This document shows, piece after piece, positions 51,461 through 64,000 of a stretch of 64,000 bases of DNA. The DNA is from Glaucostegus cemiculus (lineage: Eukaryota), in contig CDPCPM010000026.1 of the NCBI GenBank assembly GCA_976551045.1, positions 21,390,001 to 21,454,000 of the forward strand, read 5' to 3'. Each line of letters begins with the position of its first letter. The first letter of the stretch is position 1. A program made the translations under genes and the position numbers. A model generated the notes under the pieces. The model did no database searches. It saw only the letters and a program-made list of their open reading frames with translations, and had not been told where the DNA came from.

Positions 51461-54400
51461 TGTGATAAATACCACTGGGATTACCAGCTTCATTGTATCA
51501 CTGAGCTTTGAATATGGCATGCAGACTAGGAAAGGTGCAGTAAGCATGTTCTTCTGGCAATCACACTGAAGCAAGTATTCCTATTTAAGATACTACATGG
51601 GTCAGTGGATTGGCTAGTGTCCCCTTCACAATGTTCTTGAAATAGATCTCATTCTTTTATTTTATTGCTTGTGCCACAAGGATTGAAGCTGACACTTCAA
51701 AAAGCCATCTTCTTACCGGTCCTCAGATCATAAAGAGTTAAATTTAGGCTGATTAAATGACATTGCTTTTGCAAGTATAGGGAGGTTAGAAAGCCAGGTT
51801 AACCACATCTGACCTCTTGCACAGCTCCAGACATTAAAGTGTCAGTCTCAATCAAAGATCAGGCGTCAAAAATGATTACATTGCAGACCTGACATTACCC
51901 ACACATACAACAATCTGCTGTAGTACCATACATTATACCAAAGCCACACAGAAAACCTACCCAGAACACCACCCCAGGAGTGTGGGGTTATTTTTCTCTC
52001 TTTTCCATCTACATCAGTCAGCTAAAGTACATTTGACACGGACATCACATAAACTTCCATCTCCCAGTGAAAAAAAATCTAAGAGCCAATTAGGTAATTA
52101 TTAATTCATGCCATTTTCCGTAAGTCCCGTGTTTTCAGCATCGTGTGCCTATAATACAATACCGTAAACTAATAAACTTTTGTGGCTATAAATTTGCCTC
52201 CCTTTCTCTCACTTATTAATAATAAAAATTCACTGCTGTGCAACACTTTAACCTTTTAATCACTGACTGCTGTTATCACTGTGGAGATGCCAGATATAAT
52301 TCATTTGTTTACTGGCCTTGGCAACAATTTTCAGCTAAAAATAGTTTAAGTTACTTTCAATAATGGCAAAAAGAGCTGAGTTCTCCAAAAGGAGGCAGTT
52401 TGTGTGATGACAGAAAGGCTACCACAAAACTGAAATTTGGTTGGCCAGGCTTGTGTGGGCTCTCACCTTATACCTCTACAGCATCAGCATAGGTCACATA
52501 ATAGATAAGATTTTTGGCAGCTCTGTGCTAGATCTCATTTTTGTTTGAAGGTGAGGGAGGAAACAGATCACTGCCACACATTGTCCCTCCCGTTTAAACA
52601 AATTCTGCAGAGAGCTATGTAAGGTTACCTGTTTCATTTGCAGTGCACCAGTCTGTACCACTTAAATGTGCTGCTGGTTACTCTTGTGGATTAAGTGCTT
52701 ATGTAGAGAGTATTATAAATGAAGCTTGTTATGCTATCAGATGTTACTTGATGCAGTTGCTTGAGTGACTGCAGTTATGCAGATAATACATTCCCGTAGT
52801 CTAGTTCAGGATATGGGAAAATTGAAAGTTGAAAGAGATATTTGCACACTGTAAGTATATACTGCTATCCTTATGGTTTAGAAGGTAATAACATGGATAA
52901 ATGCATCCAGGGATAACCTGACCTATTTGCTTGGGATGAAACAGATGCTGTAGATCACAGAATAAGGGTATGTGGAGCAAAAGGATTTTTGTGCAAAAGT
53001 GAGACCAAAAAGCAGTTAACGGAAAAGAATGTAAATCATATTCAGATATTCATTCATCACAAGTGCTATAGGAGAACTCAGGGAAAATTGAATGCCTCAC
53101 ATTGAAGAATCTTTCTTATGAAACAACACTAAAGTTGCATTTTGTGATGTGTGACACAATCCAATGCAGGAATAAAACAAAAGCTGCCTGGCTTCTAAGT
53201 ACACTTTCATATTGCAAACCCATCTCCTGCATTTATCTCAAGTTCCATTTAATTACAATCAAGAAGAAACAGAAATACTTCAGTTGAGGGATTTTTAAAC
53301 AACAGTGCTGAGGGCAGGTTTGATAGGAATACTTTGCAGAATGAAGTGCAGGCCTAGAAATATTAAGGCCCTCCTGTGCTTCATCAGTAGTTTGCAGGAA
53401 TTACACAACCCAAGTTGTGTATTGTTTCTCCTATTCCTACTATTAAAGGACCTTGCAATTGACTCACATGATATACATGAATTGGATCAGATTCTAGATT
53501 CTGTTATGACCCTGAATATTAATGTTGATGGCATATCCGTCAACAGGCTGTATTTAAACTTTAGGGTAAGTTGGAAATGGGCTCATTGTCCTTCTCAACT
53601 GGAACTTTTCTGTAGCAAATGTATCAGAGGTGGTCAGGGTCCAGATTACAGGGCTATTGAGCCAAGAAGTCTCTATTTTTCATACCAATGAGATTCCTTT
53701 CTCTATTGCTCTTTCCTGGAAGACTGACTAAGTGGTAACTTATGCCTGGTGTAATTTCTAACATACATGATCTATGTGTCTATAGTGTCCTCATAGTTAT
53801 CTAGCATAAGCATTTTGGTTGATTTGATTTTACTCTGTATAAAGCTATGTTTTTTAAATTACATCAAGAATGATGCATTTTTTATGTAATATTTTCAGAC
53901 AGAATTTCATCAATCATTTGTTACCTATTGAATTACTGGTATTTTGGTTGCTGTTCAAATAAATCAATTTCAATATATGGCTAAAATGAATATTAATCAG
54001 TCAGAATATCTTTATGAGTGACATTATAATGTGAAATATGAAGATGAAATTCCTGCCATCAAAACCAATTCAGAATACCAGATTTGACCAATAAAAGAGA
54101 TATCTATATAATAAAAGCTTGCTTTGGCTTCATTTGTTTCTGGGGCATTATCAACCTGACTGAAAAGAATGGGAGAGTGCTGGGAATTCAGGCAATGTTG
54201 TATAAAGCCAGAGGTTCACAGAAAAAATGTCAATCAGGTACATTCTTATTAAGACATAATGCATTCTTGGATTAAATTGTCTGAAGCGTCTAAAGTTTAT
54301 TATTTATCCAGAATGGAAATATTCCACCCTACCATGCTCCAAGCATTCTACATCATTTATAAAGACGGCAGACCTCTCACTGATGTACGACACTGATGTT

Positions 54401-57400
54401 AAAAACGCAAACAATCTAACCTTTATGACATTTTCCTTTACAATTCTCTGCCTCTCAAAAGATTTTAGGTATCATCAGTTAGGTTAATTTTTGCTGCGGA
54501 AATCATCTTCCATCTTTATTTATGGCTCTGTGGAAAAAATTACCCTTGAGTGATTTAATTGAATGTGAAGGCTATGGTATATTAGACAGCTTTAATACTC
54601 GTTACTTCTGATTTTGCAGTCTAGGTAGGTCATTAAACAGGCACCAGTGAATAGGATTCAAAAATCATACCTACATTGCATCTCCCTCCAAATGTCTCAG
54701 CTTAACAGTTAACTTGTCAATTTATATTTAAAAAACTGACAGCAGGGATGTTTTCAAGAAGTGAGTTTGTGTCTTGGTAGCTGCAACCCAAGGGGTCCTG
54801 ACTCTTAACAAAGGGACCCAATTTCAGATTCCAGTCTCAGCTGGTTTTTGCACTAAAGGTTTCTTCCTATTTGCTGGCCTTGGCTATATCATCGCAGAGT
54901 GTAAGGTAAAATCTGACTGGTGAAAGAGACTGCATGGGACAAGGTGCCTAATCGATGGTGATTCATGACAGCTTTGGAAAAATCCACAGATCTGATGTTT
55001 TTTCTCTCCCAAGCAAAAGTGTAGAGCAAGAGACAGAAGGGAGAAGGGATAGGGGTCTAAAAATGCCCCGATAAACAGGTCTTGGTTTATATTAATTTGC
55101 TCTCATATTTCTGTGTTGTGCTGCGTATTCATATTGCAAACAGCAGACCAGCTTCACATACTATTTGCTGGCATATTGGCAATGATTTAAAATTGCACTT
55201 GGCTATTAAGATACTGGCTTGGCTTGTGCATTCTTTGTGCCATCAGTGGCTGAGAATAAAGTTAAAAATTCAATTTAGATGGGAGATCCTTTGAAAATAA
55301 ATTATTGATAATGTATAGATCTGATAATTAAGGAGTGTAGAACAAAACCTAGTTAAAGCCATAATAAGGAAGCTGGGTACTTGAAATTCTATTATAAGTA
55401 TTTAAATAAATAATGCTATATATATTTTTTAATGTGAAACAGTCATCTCTCACAGTAAAAATTAATAAAATAGCAAAATATTCTCAGGCAGATGTATTAG
55501 AAATTAATAGGCTTGCAGTGTCTTCCTTTTTTATGGTTGCCTGACAATTAAAACTGGATCCTTTATTCCCTTCTTCTTTAGAGATTAAAAAAATGTAAAG
55601 CTCTGAACTGATTAATATAAAAGAAACTTTTCTCCACCATTTTTTGTTCACCTTACATTCTCTCTGCCCTTTCAGCTGTTTGTCCAGCCAGCTCATTGTA
55701 TCACAGATGTATTCTGCACATCAAGCACTCAGAGAAGGAAAAAATACTGCTGTTCAAGTAAAGATGCGCATGACCTATTTTTTCAATTTCAGTAATTAGG
55801 GAGGCATGGGGCCTGAAGGAATTATTCATGAATGCAGGAGCCCTGCTGTATACATTTATGTTAAACATGTCAAAGCCTATCGAAATCATGCCTGCCAGCA
55901 CTATACACCATAAACACACTTCCATGACAACTTTTCTTTGCTTGCAGTCCATTAATACCATCTTTAATAGCTATTGCTCCCTTCCTCTCTCTCCAACTCA
56001 AATCAGAAACGGTCCATTTCACTAATCGCACAACGTTAGGTGAGCAACTCCAACCTTTAGGCCATGGTTTCATAAATATTTTATTTTTAGTACAGGAACT
56101 TGTGGAGAAGAATAGGGCACAGCAATGATTAGACACTTTCAGAGACCGTTTGCTCTAAGAAACCCTCTTTTATTAGCCAAGTAATCAATGGGTTTGATGG
56201 TGTTACTTCCTAGCTTTGGTATTACCTTTCATTTTTCATGTTGTTCATTCACATTTCCAGCCTTTGGTAACAATTTCTTTGAAACATTAAATGTGATAAC
56301 AACCGTCCAACACTATTTTTAAACATTAACCTGAAGAGCCTGCATTATTTTGCCCAAACTAGCATTACATTTCCTCATCCGTTAGCCAAGAAAATATATC
56401 AGCAAACTGCCTTCAAAGGTGCTGCTTGCCATTGCCAATCTATTTCATTCCTCATATCATTATGCTCCAATCTGATATTCAGAATCACTAGATGATGAAA
56501 TACTTGCCGTCTTTTATGATTATTTGTAGACTATTGGTGAATTCCACCCAATTGCTGACCAGGAAAGTACATTATCTTCATCTACACACATTCTAACACA
56601 ACAGCAATCACATTATTGATGGTTTCTCTTTTTCTACACAGTAGGTATGAAGAATCACATTTATAGTTAGAAATAATTATTCCAATTCACCAAAATGGCA
56701 TACTCCACGTCTCTTCCATTAGTAATGTGAAATATTTATCATACTTCATTTTTTTTAACAACTATAACTGGGCCCACTTACATCTCTTAAACATTGTCTA
56801 TGACACAGAAGTTGACGACATCTGGTTTTGAATCACTTCTCTGCAAAGAAAGTTATGTGGACCTTCTTTCATTCTTTGTGTCAGATAGACAAGGATAACA
56901 GTGAGATATGATAATTACCTTTAGTCAGTGGGAATTATTCAATATTTGCCTCAATGAATATCTTAACATTATATATAAAATTATTACTCCTTAAATTAAT
57001 TTTAATGATGTAGGCAGGTTCCTCTATTGATAATGGAGACTTCTGAAGCTCTAACTGGTGAATTCTTTGTTTCAAAAATGCATAGGCTCTTATTAAGGAT
57101 CGAATCAGCCAGCTAACTTCTAAAAATCTAAGTTCAAATTTACCAGTACTAGTATCAGACAAAAAAATAAATCTGTCCTTTTGGCCTGAAGCCAGAGCAG
57201 CAACTCTGTAAATGCAGTAGCAGATGAGCTGTTTGGTGTTTTATAGACCAGTGAGTTGCTATGCAAAAATAAAGCTGTAAACCTGTTTTCAGTGTCAGAT
57301 CTCAGAGCACAATTTTCAGATTCATAATTATATTAAGTAGGAAAGCAAAACATTTATACAAGACTTGCAACTTGTGACTGAATTATATCTTATTCAAGGC

Positions 57401-59986
57401 TCATAAGGTTTTATGTAATGTTTGTGCTATCAGTATTGGAAGTTAGATTGTAGTTAACTGAAAACTAGTAGAGCAGTTCTGATCTCCAGTGCTGAGTAAA
57501 TCTTAAATCACTGGCATGGAGACATGAGAAACTTATCCCTATGTCTGTGACTGTGTCCCCAGTCTCTCTGTTCTGTCAAAAGTTAGTAAAGTCACATTCC
57601 AACATGGGGAGGATTTAAGAGAGTTTTGTTTGATTGCACATCTTGCAATTTGAAAAGTTATGTGAAGAAACTTTGGGCTCCTCTTAATTCTACAGGATTT
57701 GCTCTTAAAGATGAAAACCATGACTTTACCATGTGCAGGTGCGTGACAAGTGATCTTTGATTGTAAAGTGTGAACCTATGAGAGTCTACAGGATATAGTA
57801 GCAATACTGGTAATGAAAAATAATCATGTAAAATTACAATTGATCAGCTAAAAGTACAATGCATCACTGGTCTTGGGTTGCAAAAATCAGAGATTATTGT
57901 GGCTGATAACGTGCATTCTTCATCCTCTTACATGTACTACCACTGGCTTTGGAACACATATAATGGATGCTTTCATACCAAGCCATCATAGAAGGCTTCA
58001 AGAATTTGTAGCCATATTTAAATACCCTTATCAGGGCATGCAGGCTATAATGTAAACCCTTGGGATTTTTGTCTTGTTACATCGTTGTTTCATGTTCTAG
58101 CTTAGATACATGCACAGTAAATCTTCTCAACCAATCAAATTGCAAATTGGCACTATTTATGGATTCTTCACCAACAGCTAATAAAGGAATGTATTATGAC
58201 AATTTATGGTATGCAGAGTGGCATCATATCAAGAAGCTGCTGGTTACATGGTATTGAACACATACATTATTCATGAGTAGCAGAGTTGGATTCATGCAAA
58301 TATACGGCACATGGTAAATTTTGCACACAGAAGGTTAAAAACCACAAGTATGTAACAAATTGAGTAACATACAGCAACCTTTGTGAAATTCAACTTGAAG
58401 AGAGATGCCAAAGTGTAACTCTTACGGCTCACTTTATGAAAAATAAAATGCAGATGAAAAGACTATCACAATTAGTATTGTTTAGTTTTATAATTCTAAC
58501 TAATCTTTAAATGCCCTAAAACTTCATAAGTAGTTTCATTAAAGTAATGCGTCATTTTAATAAGGTTTTATTCATTTTTATGGTCTGATAAAGCAATTTT
58601 CATCTAAAAGAATTACTGTGCAATCACAAAGCATTTTGTATGAAAAACTAGTTATTATGGAAATTGTGTTATCAAAGAATAATTTTTTGTATAACAAAAT
58701 GAGGCCAGACACAAGTGGAAATTTAATAGAAGCGTGGTGTTGAAGTAAGCGGCCATATTACCGAGAATGCCAGGCTAATATTTTAGACCAATTTCAGATA
58801 AATTATATTTTAAATTGATTGGCAATATTAACAGAAACTGCCTCTGTGTGAAATCCCAAATTCCTTCAATAATGTTCTTTTGATTCGTAGCCATTCATTT
58901 TGAACACAGATTTTGTTTCACTAAGACTACTTTAGATTGCATTGACTATGCAGGTATGACACTTTTTTTTGAAGAAAGTCTCTTAAGTTTCTCTACGTAT
59001 GTTTCAAACAATGAATATTTAAATGTTTCACAGATAATCATTTTAAAGAATATGTTACTCTAGATAATTTTCTGACAATATTGTGCCTGTGATCATTATG
59101 CTATAACTGGACCAAAAATCTTTCCATGTGGTCCTGCCAATCTCCTGAGCAGAATTATGCATCAAGGTGCAAGCAATTATAAAATAACATTCAGTTTGCC
59201 TTTATCACTCAGGACTTTTGGGTTTAATTGTGCTCTTGTGTCCAATTTTATCTATGGGGAAATATAAGGAAAGTTCTGAGGGGACACAAATATCTTTGCT
59301 CCCAGTACTTCATTAAGAATAATGCCCTGAAATAATTGTCAAGTTAAAGCATAATTCTAACAGAACTTACAGATGGCCAGTCTGTGACCTTCCATGCCTA
59401 ATCTCACCTGTTAGGTCTTCAAGTCATAATTCATTCTACAGCATACAAAGAACCAAATAACAACTTACGGGTAAAATGCCACATTGTCATCTGGCCATAT
59501 AACAGGTAACTTCCACGCATTACGAATATCCTGGCAAAATGATGAGACTGAATGCATTGGGCAGCATGCAATCCAAAAATTTTAGATCTAGGTTATTTCA
59601 ACTTCGAGTGTAGACTTTGTTATTTCAGTCATATGCACGGGTACCTCAGCCTGCGTCTGTCTTGACTTTGCAGGTCTACTTATAGAATCACAATAAATCA
59701 AGTCTGAAAAGTTGAATCGAGTTGTGTATATTCAAATCAAATGCACATCATTTTGGTGGACTGACAATCTTACCTTTGTTTTGAATCTCTCACAGCCTTG
59801 CATGGGGCTACTACTTATAAGAAATCAAAATAAGCAACAAAAGTTGGCTGTTACCTTAGCTGTGGAAATATATTGACATAATTTGGAAATGTGGAGCCAC
59901 TCCTTGTAAAATGCTCTCAATAATCTCTTCCTATTAGTAGTCTGGAAACATTTAGGTTGAACAATAAGCAGCATGTATTGCTCTAC

Positions 59987-60094
59987 CTGTTTCTTTGCTG
60001 GGTTCCTTCTCACTCCCACTGTCTTTGTCTTTGGTAGAATCTTCTGCTTCCTGCGTGGACTCATTAAGCCCTTCCACATCTTCGTTGTTCTCTT
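59987..60094 (-). CDS. zfhx3: zfhx3 acidic coding exon (human exon 5 equivalent): 108 nt, or 81 nt with the internal donor
   Basis: ttttcctcttccctcag|AA GAG AAC AAC GAA GAT GTG GAA GGG..GAA ACA G|gtagag encodes EENNEDVEGLNESTQEAEDSTKDKDSGSEKEPSKET, phase 1-1, resembling human EEAIEDVEG..AKDQEGG. An alternative donor GGG A|gtgaga would end the exon at 60014. Confidence 0.88.
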
Positions 60095-62065
60095 CTGAGG
60101 GAAGAGGAAAAATGTTAATGAAGAGTGTGCTTCGAAAGAGAGCAATGAGCTAGACAAAACACAGAATGGGATGTCTCACATCCACAAAGGGTTCCAAGCT
60201 GAACATATGTACTCAGAACACTACTGAGAGGACTGCAAGGAGAACCTAGTTGACTTGTATCCGAAATAGTCAATTTAACCATCATTTTCATTTGTATTGT
60301 ATGCTGGTCTACTGGCAGAGTCACATTTAAGGCCACTTAAGAAAGACACAGTATGCTCAGAAGAAGGGGATGATATAAAATATGCCCAAATTATGCTGAA
60401 TACTTCCAAGATTTTCAATTTGGAAGCACGGTTCATCAAGATACAATTGTTTGTGAGTCTGCCTGTTTCCATATTTGACCTATAGGTGTCACTCTAAGCA
60501 AGCAGACGCTTAAAGTCAACCTGTTCCCTGAGACAACCCCCACCACCCCCACTAACCTGTGCACATGGTAATAATATACCTCACCATGGTGTCTGGATAC
60601 CAGGCATGATACAATAAAAACAAACTGATTTAAAAAGGGAATCTTATAATGCTTTCTGCATGCACCATTTTGGACCACATCAATTAATCATATTAAAATC
60701 TCAGTTCAAGTGTAGGATTCCAATAGGCAGTCCCTGCGGCGACTTGGATATCTACCTCCTGATGGAATCCATCATATGAAAAGATATTTTACCACCTCTT
60801 ATCCTGCTGTGCTACATTGATTTTTAATAAGACTTTTCTTACCGATGTAATCTACTTTGTGGCAGTTTTTTAAAAAAATACAATTTTTTTTAATCCCAGG
60901 ACTTTTAAAAAAAATAACAAAGATCAAAGGATGCAAAAAAATAAATCAGGTTTGCAAAGAAAGCTAAGGTACCTCACATACCAATACCATCAAAAGCTAA
61001 TACTGTATGAAGTAACTCAGGAAGGGCAAAGGTCGGTTGGTATCCGCATTTCATCTTTCGCTCATGCCTGTAAAATATCTGTGCTTCAGCCACAAACGGG
61101 ATATTATTCCTGGAGGCCCGAGTTGCCGTCAGTCAGTTCAATTTCATTACACTGTGACAAGAATAACTAGGATCTCTTTGCGAAAAGAAACAAACCATTA
61201 ACTATTCATTAAAAAGGCGTTTCTCCACTTGTGGATTTTAACTAGCAGTTAATTGTAGTTTCAAAGTAAGGGTAATCTCCTATTTTTTAAAAAAATTATA
61301 AAAAAAGAAATTGCATCGTGGTTATTGAAGTGACAATCCTTGCGCCTTTTTATTGTAATAAAATGAGAAACGACATGCACCGCTGGCAGGAGTGCGCTCA
61401 GAGACAATGAGTGCTGGCTTCCATGCTGTGATTCTTTCATGCATAGTCCAGGATTTTTTTTGATCTTGTGCACCTCTCCATCTCTACACATCTCCCTACT
61501 GCTGTAACACATCTACATTTTCTTGCAAAAATTGGGCATTCTGCTTGAATGCAACCTATCATCCCAGCAACCTCCCTCTTTTAAAAAAATACAATGCCCC
61601 AACAACACTAATCTGCTGCTTTGGGCCTAGTAAACAGGATCATATAAAGCAGGACATGAAGGAGAAGGTTACTTTAAACAAAACAACCACAGTCCGTTAA
61701 GGCATCAAGCAGAAAGATTGTACCCACAGCTCTGGAGTCTTTTATTTGCTGGTGCATCTTTCTCAATAGTTCCTGGTACATGTTTCAGTTCCAAATAAGA
61801 ATCCCAGACATGCCTCTCCTTACATCATTACTAAGTCTGACCTTAGACTGACCCCTGGAGCTGTTAGACTAATCTAAATGTGAATGAGCACTTTGTGCCA
61901 ATGCTGTGAAGGGGCCGAATCCAGCAAACAGCAAAACTTTACACATCAACTTAATCACAAACAGCAGTGACTGGGGGCCCCAGAACAATGACAATCCTCC
62001 ACTTCCCAAAGAATGAACAGTTTCTTCAATGCTTTAATGTAAGTCCTTATTAAAGACAATATGCA

Positions 62066-62096
62066 AAGTCAGGTCAGGTCAGGTCAGGTCAGGTTA
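62066..62096 (+). repeat. (AGGTC)n pentanucleotide microsatellite
   Basis: aagtc aggtc aggtc aggtc aggtc aggtta. Confidence 0.95.
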
Positions 62097-64000
62097 GCTG
62101 ATTGAGATTTTTGCTCATTAAGTTCCCCAGCTGTTCGGTAAGAAAAGAAAGTAAGTATTCTTGAGGTTCCTTGGCATAACTTTTGAAGAACTTAACAGCA
62201 GCTGCAACAACCCCATCAGAGATAATGTAACCTGTGTAAACATGATCAGATTGTTTTGTTAGAGGAGCCATACATTGACTGGATGGCCCAAAATTGTCCC
62301 AATTAAAACTATTTTGCATCTCTCCCTCCCTTTCTCTCTCTCTCTGCAGGTATTTCACAGTGCAGCTTTTGATTGCCTCTTCCATCAGCTTTATGTACAT
62401 GCTATCAGGTCTGCAGAGCACAACTAGCCGGAGACTAGAATGCAGCAAGCATTACATTACACAAAGGGCGTGGTGGGGCGCTCCTTGGTTTGAAAAGTAC
62501 ATCACGAGGGGTAGAGCATGGGGGGGGGGGGTGTTGGTTGGAGCTGGGGGTGGTGTTGTGCTTTATGAAGTAATTTATCACAGGGGCTGGTGAATGGGGA
62601 GTTGTGCCACAGATTCACAAATGTTTTACACAAGACGTTCTCTGTAAATTAAATCGTAGGTACAAGGAAGTTACATGGATTCACAGCTGTTCTTCTGAGA
62701 AACTTATTGGGTTAAAAGAAATAGGTCAATAGACACTTCGTGCGAGTAAATCTGAATCTTCTTTTAACCTTAAAGTCAGATACAATTAAACCAAAATATG
62801 AATTTGATTCTGAGAAGAAACACATCATATTGCAATGGGCTGTGCCACAGCTCTACTGTGGTCACAGCTCTACCATGGCCACAGGGTCCAACTTGAGATC
62901 AGCTGTAGTAAAGGTGCAGGTAAAACTTCACCTGACTTCAGTTTCGCACAATTTCAGCATACCTTCCATTCTGCAAAAGGTGGTGCATTTCATAGACTTG
63001 CAGAATTATTACAGTGCTGGATACAAACATGCAGTCCATAAAGTCTGTACCAGCTCTTTGCAGAGCAATCCTGTTAACTTCATTGCTCTTTCCCCAATGT
63101 TTGCAACCTTCAAATATCAAATTCCCGGTGAAAACCACAAATGCACCACAATGTCTGTGCAAATGACATGTTTCCTTGCACCACCCTGGATCTTCGTCAA
63201 TCACTTTAAATATATCCTTGACCCCTCCACTAATGGGAAGAGCTCCTATCTACTCAATTAAAATAGTCAAGATTTTATACATTTCTACCATTTCTTGTTC
63301 CAAGGTGGAGATCCCAAAAGCCCTAGTCTACCATTATAATTGAAGTTCCTCATCTCTGGACAAATGCATTTGTGCAAGAGATGCACTCCAGCATTGCTCG
63401 CTTGCAGACAGGGTCATTGTCTAGAGCTCTGAAAACAAGCACCATTGGGTAGCAGGATTCAGAGATCAAGCTCCCCATTTCCTAAAGTTCTTAATTTCAG
63501 CTGAATCATAATGTCAAGCAAGTGTGCAGAGAAGGAGGGAAGTTAGTGTCACAGTCACAGCAGTATGTTGCCGCATAGGTTTTATTGATCTGGTCTGCGT
63601 TGGGAAATGCCCGACAACAGATTGTCTGCCGACTAGCTCAGTTGCTTACTACCTCTGCTGAAGTGCAGGATAACAAAAAAATACTAATCACTTTGAAAAG
63701 ACAAACTAAAAACTGATTGGTAACTACTCACACCTCAGTACATCAATGACAATATAAAGGAATAATGAAAGGCCTGTAAATTTGCATTTAAAAGCTTAAA
63801 AACAGTTTAAAAGCAAATAGTTATCCTGCACAACCTCAAAAAAGCAAGTGAGTATGCTGCTGAGGGTCCTGTATCCCAGGCTTCGGTGTGAATCATGGAC
63901 TTCATGATACTGCCACTTCTGCATTGATGTGCACTCATCCACCTTGTGTTGATGCCAAACTCAGTTTAATTACTACTTTAGCTTAATTGTACAGGGGATC

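Noticed and set aside
51700-51760. Minus-strand donor-like CCG|gtaaga
   Set aside because: There is no convincing upstream acceptor or pyrimidine tract.
62740-63261. 173-aa plus-strand ORF
   Set aside because: Non-ATG start, no recognisable domain, and composition typical of intronic DNA.
1-64000. CRISPR arrays, tRNA/rRNA genes or prokaryotic operon-type systems
   Set aside because: None seen; the window is eukaryotic intron-exon DNA.

Overview
AT-rich, CpG-depleted vertebrate genomic DNA. The repeat content (CR1, Rex1/Babar, Penelope and V-SINE families) points to a cartilaginous fish, probably a ray. The whole window lies inside the 3' half of one minus-strand gene, zfhx3 (ATBF1). Six coding exons were reconstructed by hand with GT-AG boundaries and consistent phases: 59987-60094, 26780-26904, 25114-25314, 12903-13029, 5291-10735 (all four homeodomains) and 770-2319 (stop codon). 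The proximal 3' UTR follows; the 5' exons lie beyond 64000. Introns hold decayed retroelements (CR1, a second CR1/L2-group family, Rex1/Babar, Penelope, RTE, an Ingi/Vingi-like RT, Gypsy pol, SINEs) and several candidate conserved non-coding elements. Three observations stand out. (1) There are candidate small cassette exons with strong splice signals: a 15-nt in-frame microexon, a frame-complementary pair (34/37/40 nt + 35 nt) 19 kb apart that is open only when both are included, and a possible mutually exclusive alternative to the 125-nt exon. (2) Two ~190-bp fold-back Penelope-derived mini-elements have clean target-site duplications and hammerhead ribozyme remnants. (3) The poly-Gly tract expanded in human SCA4 is absent here. 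All splice and family calls were made by eye and need RNA-seq or alignment to confirm.
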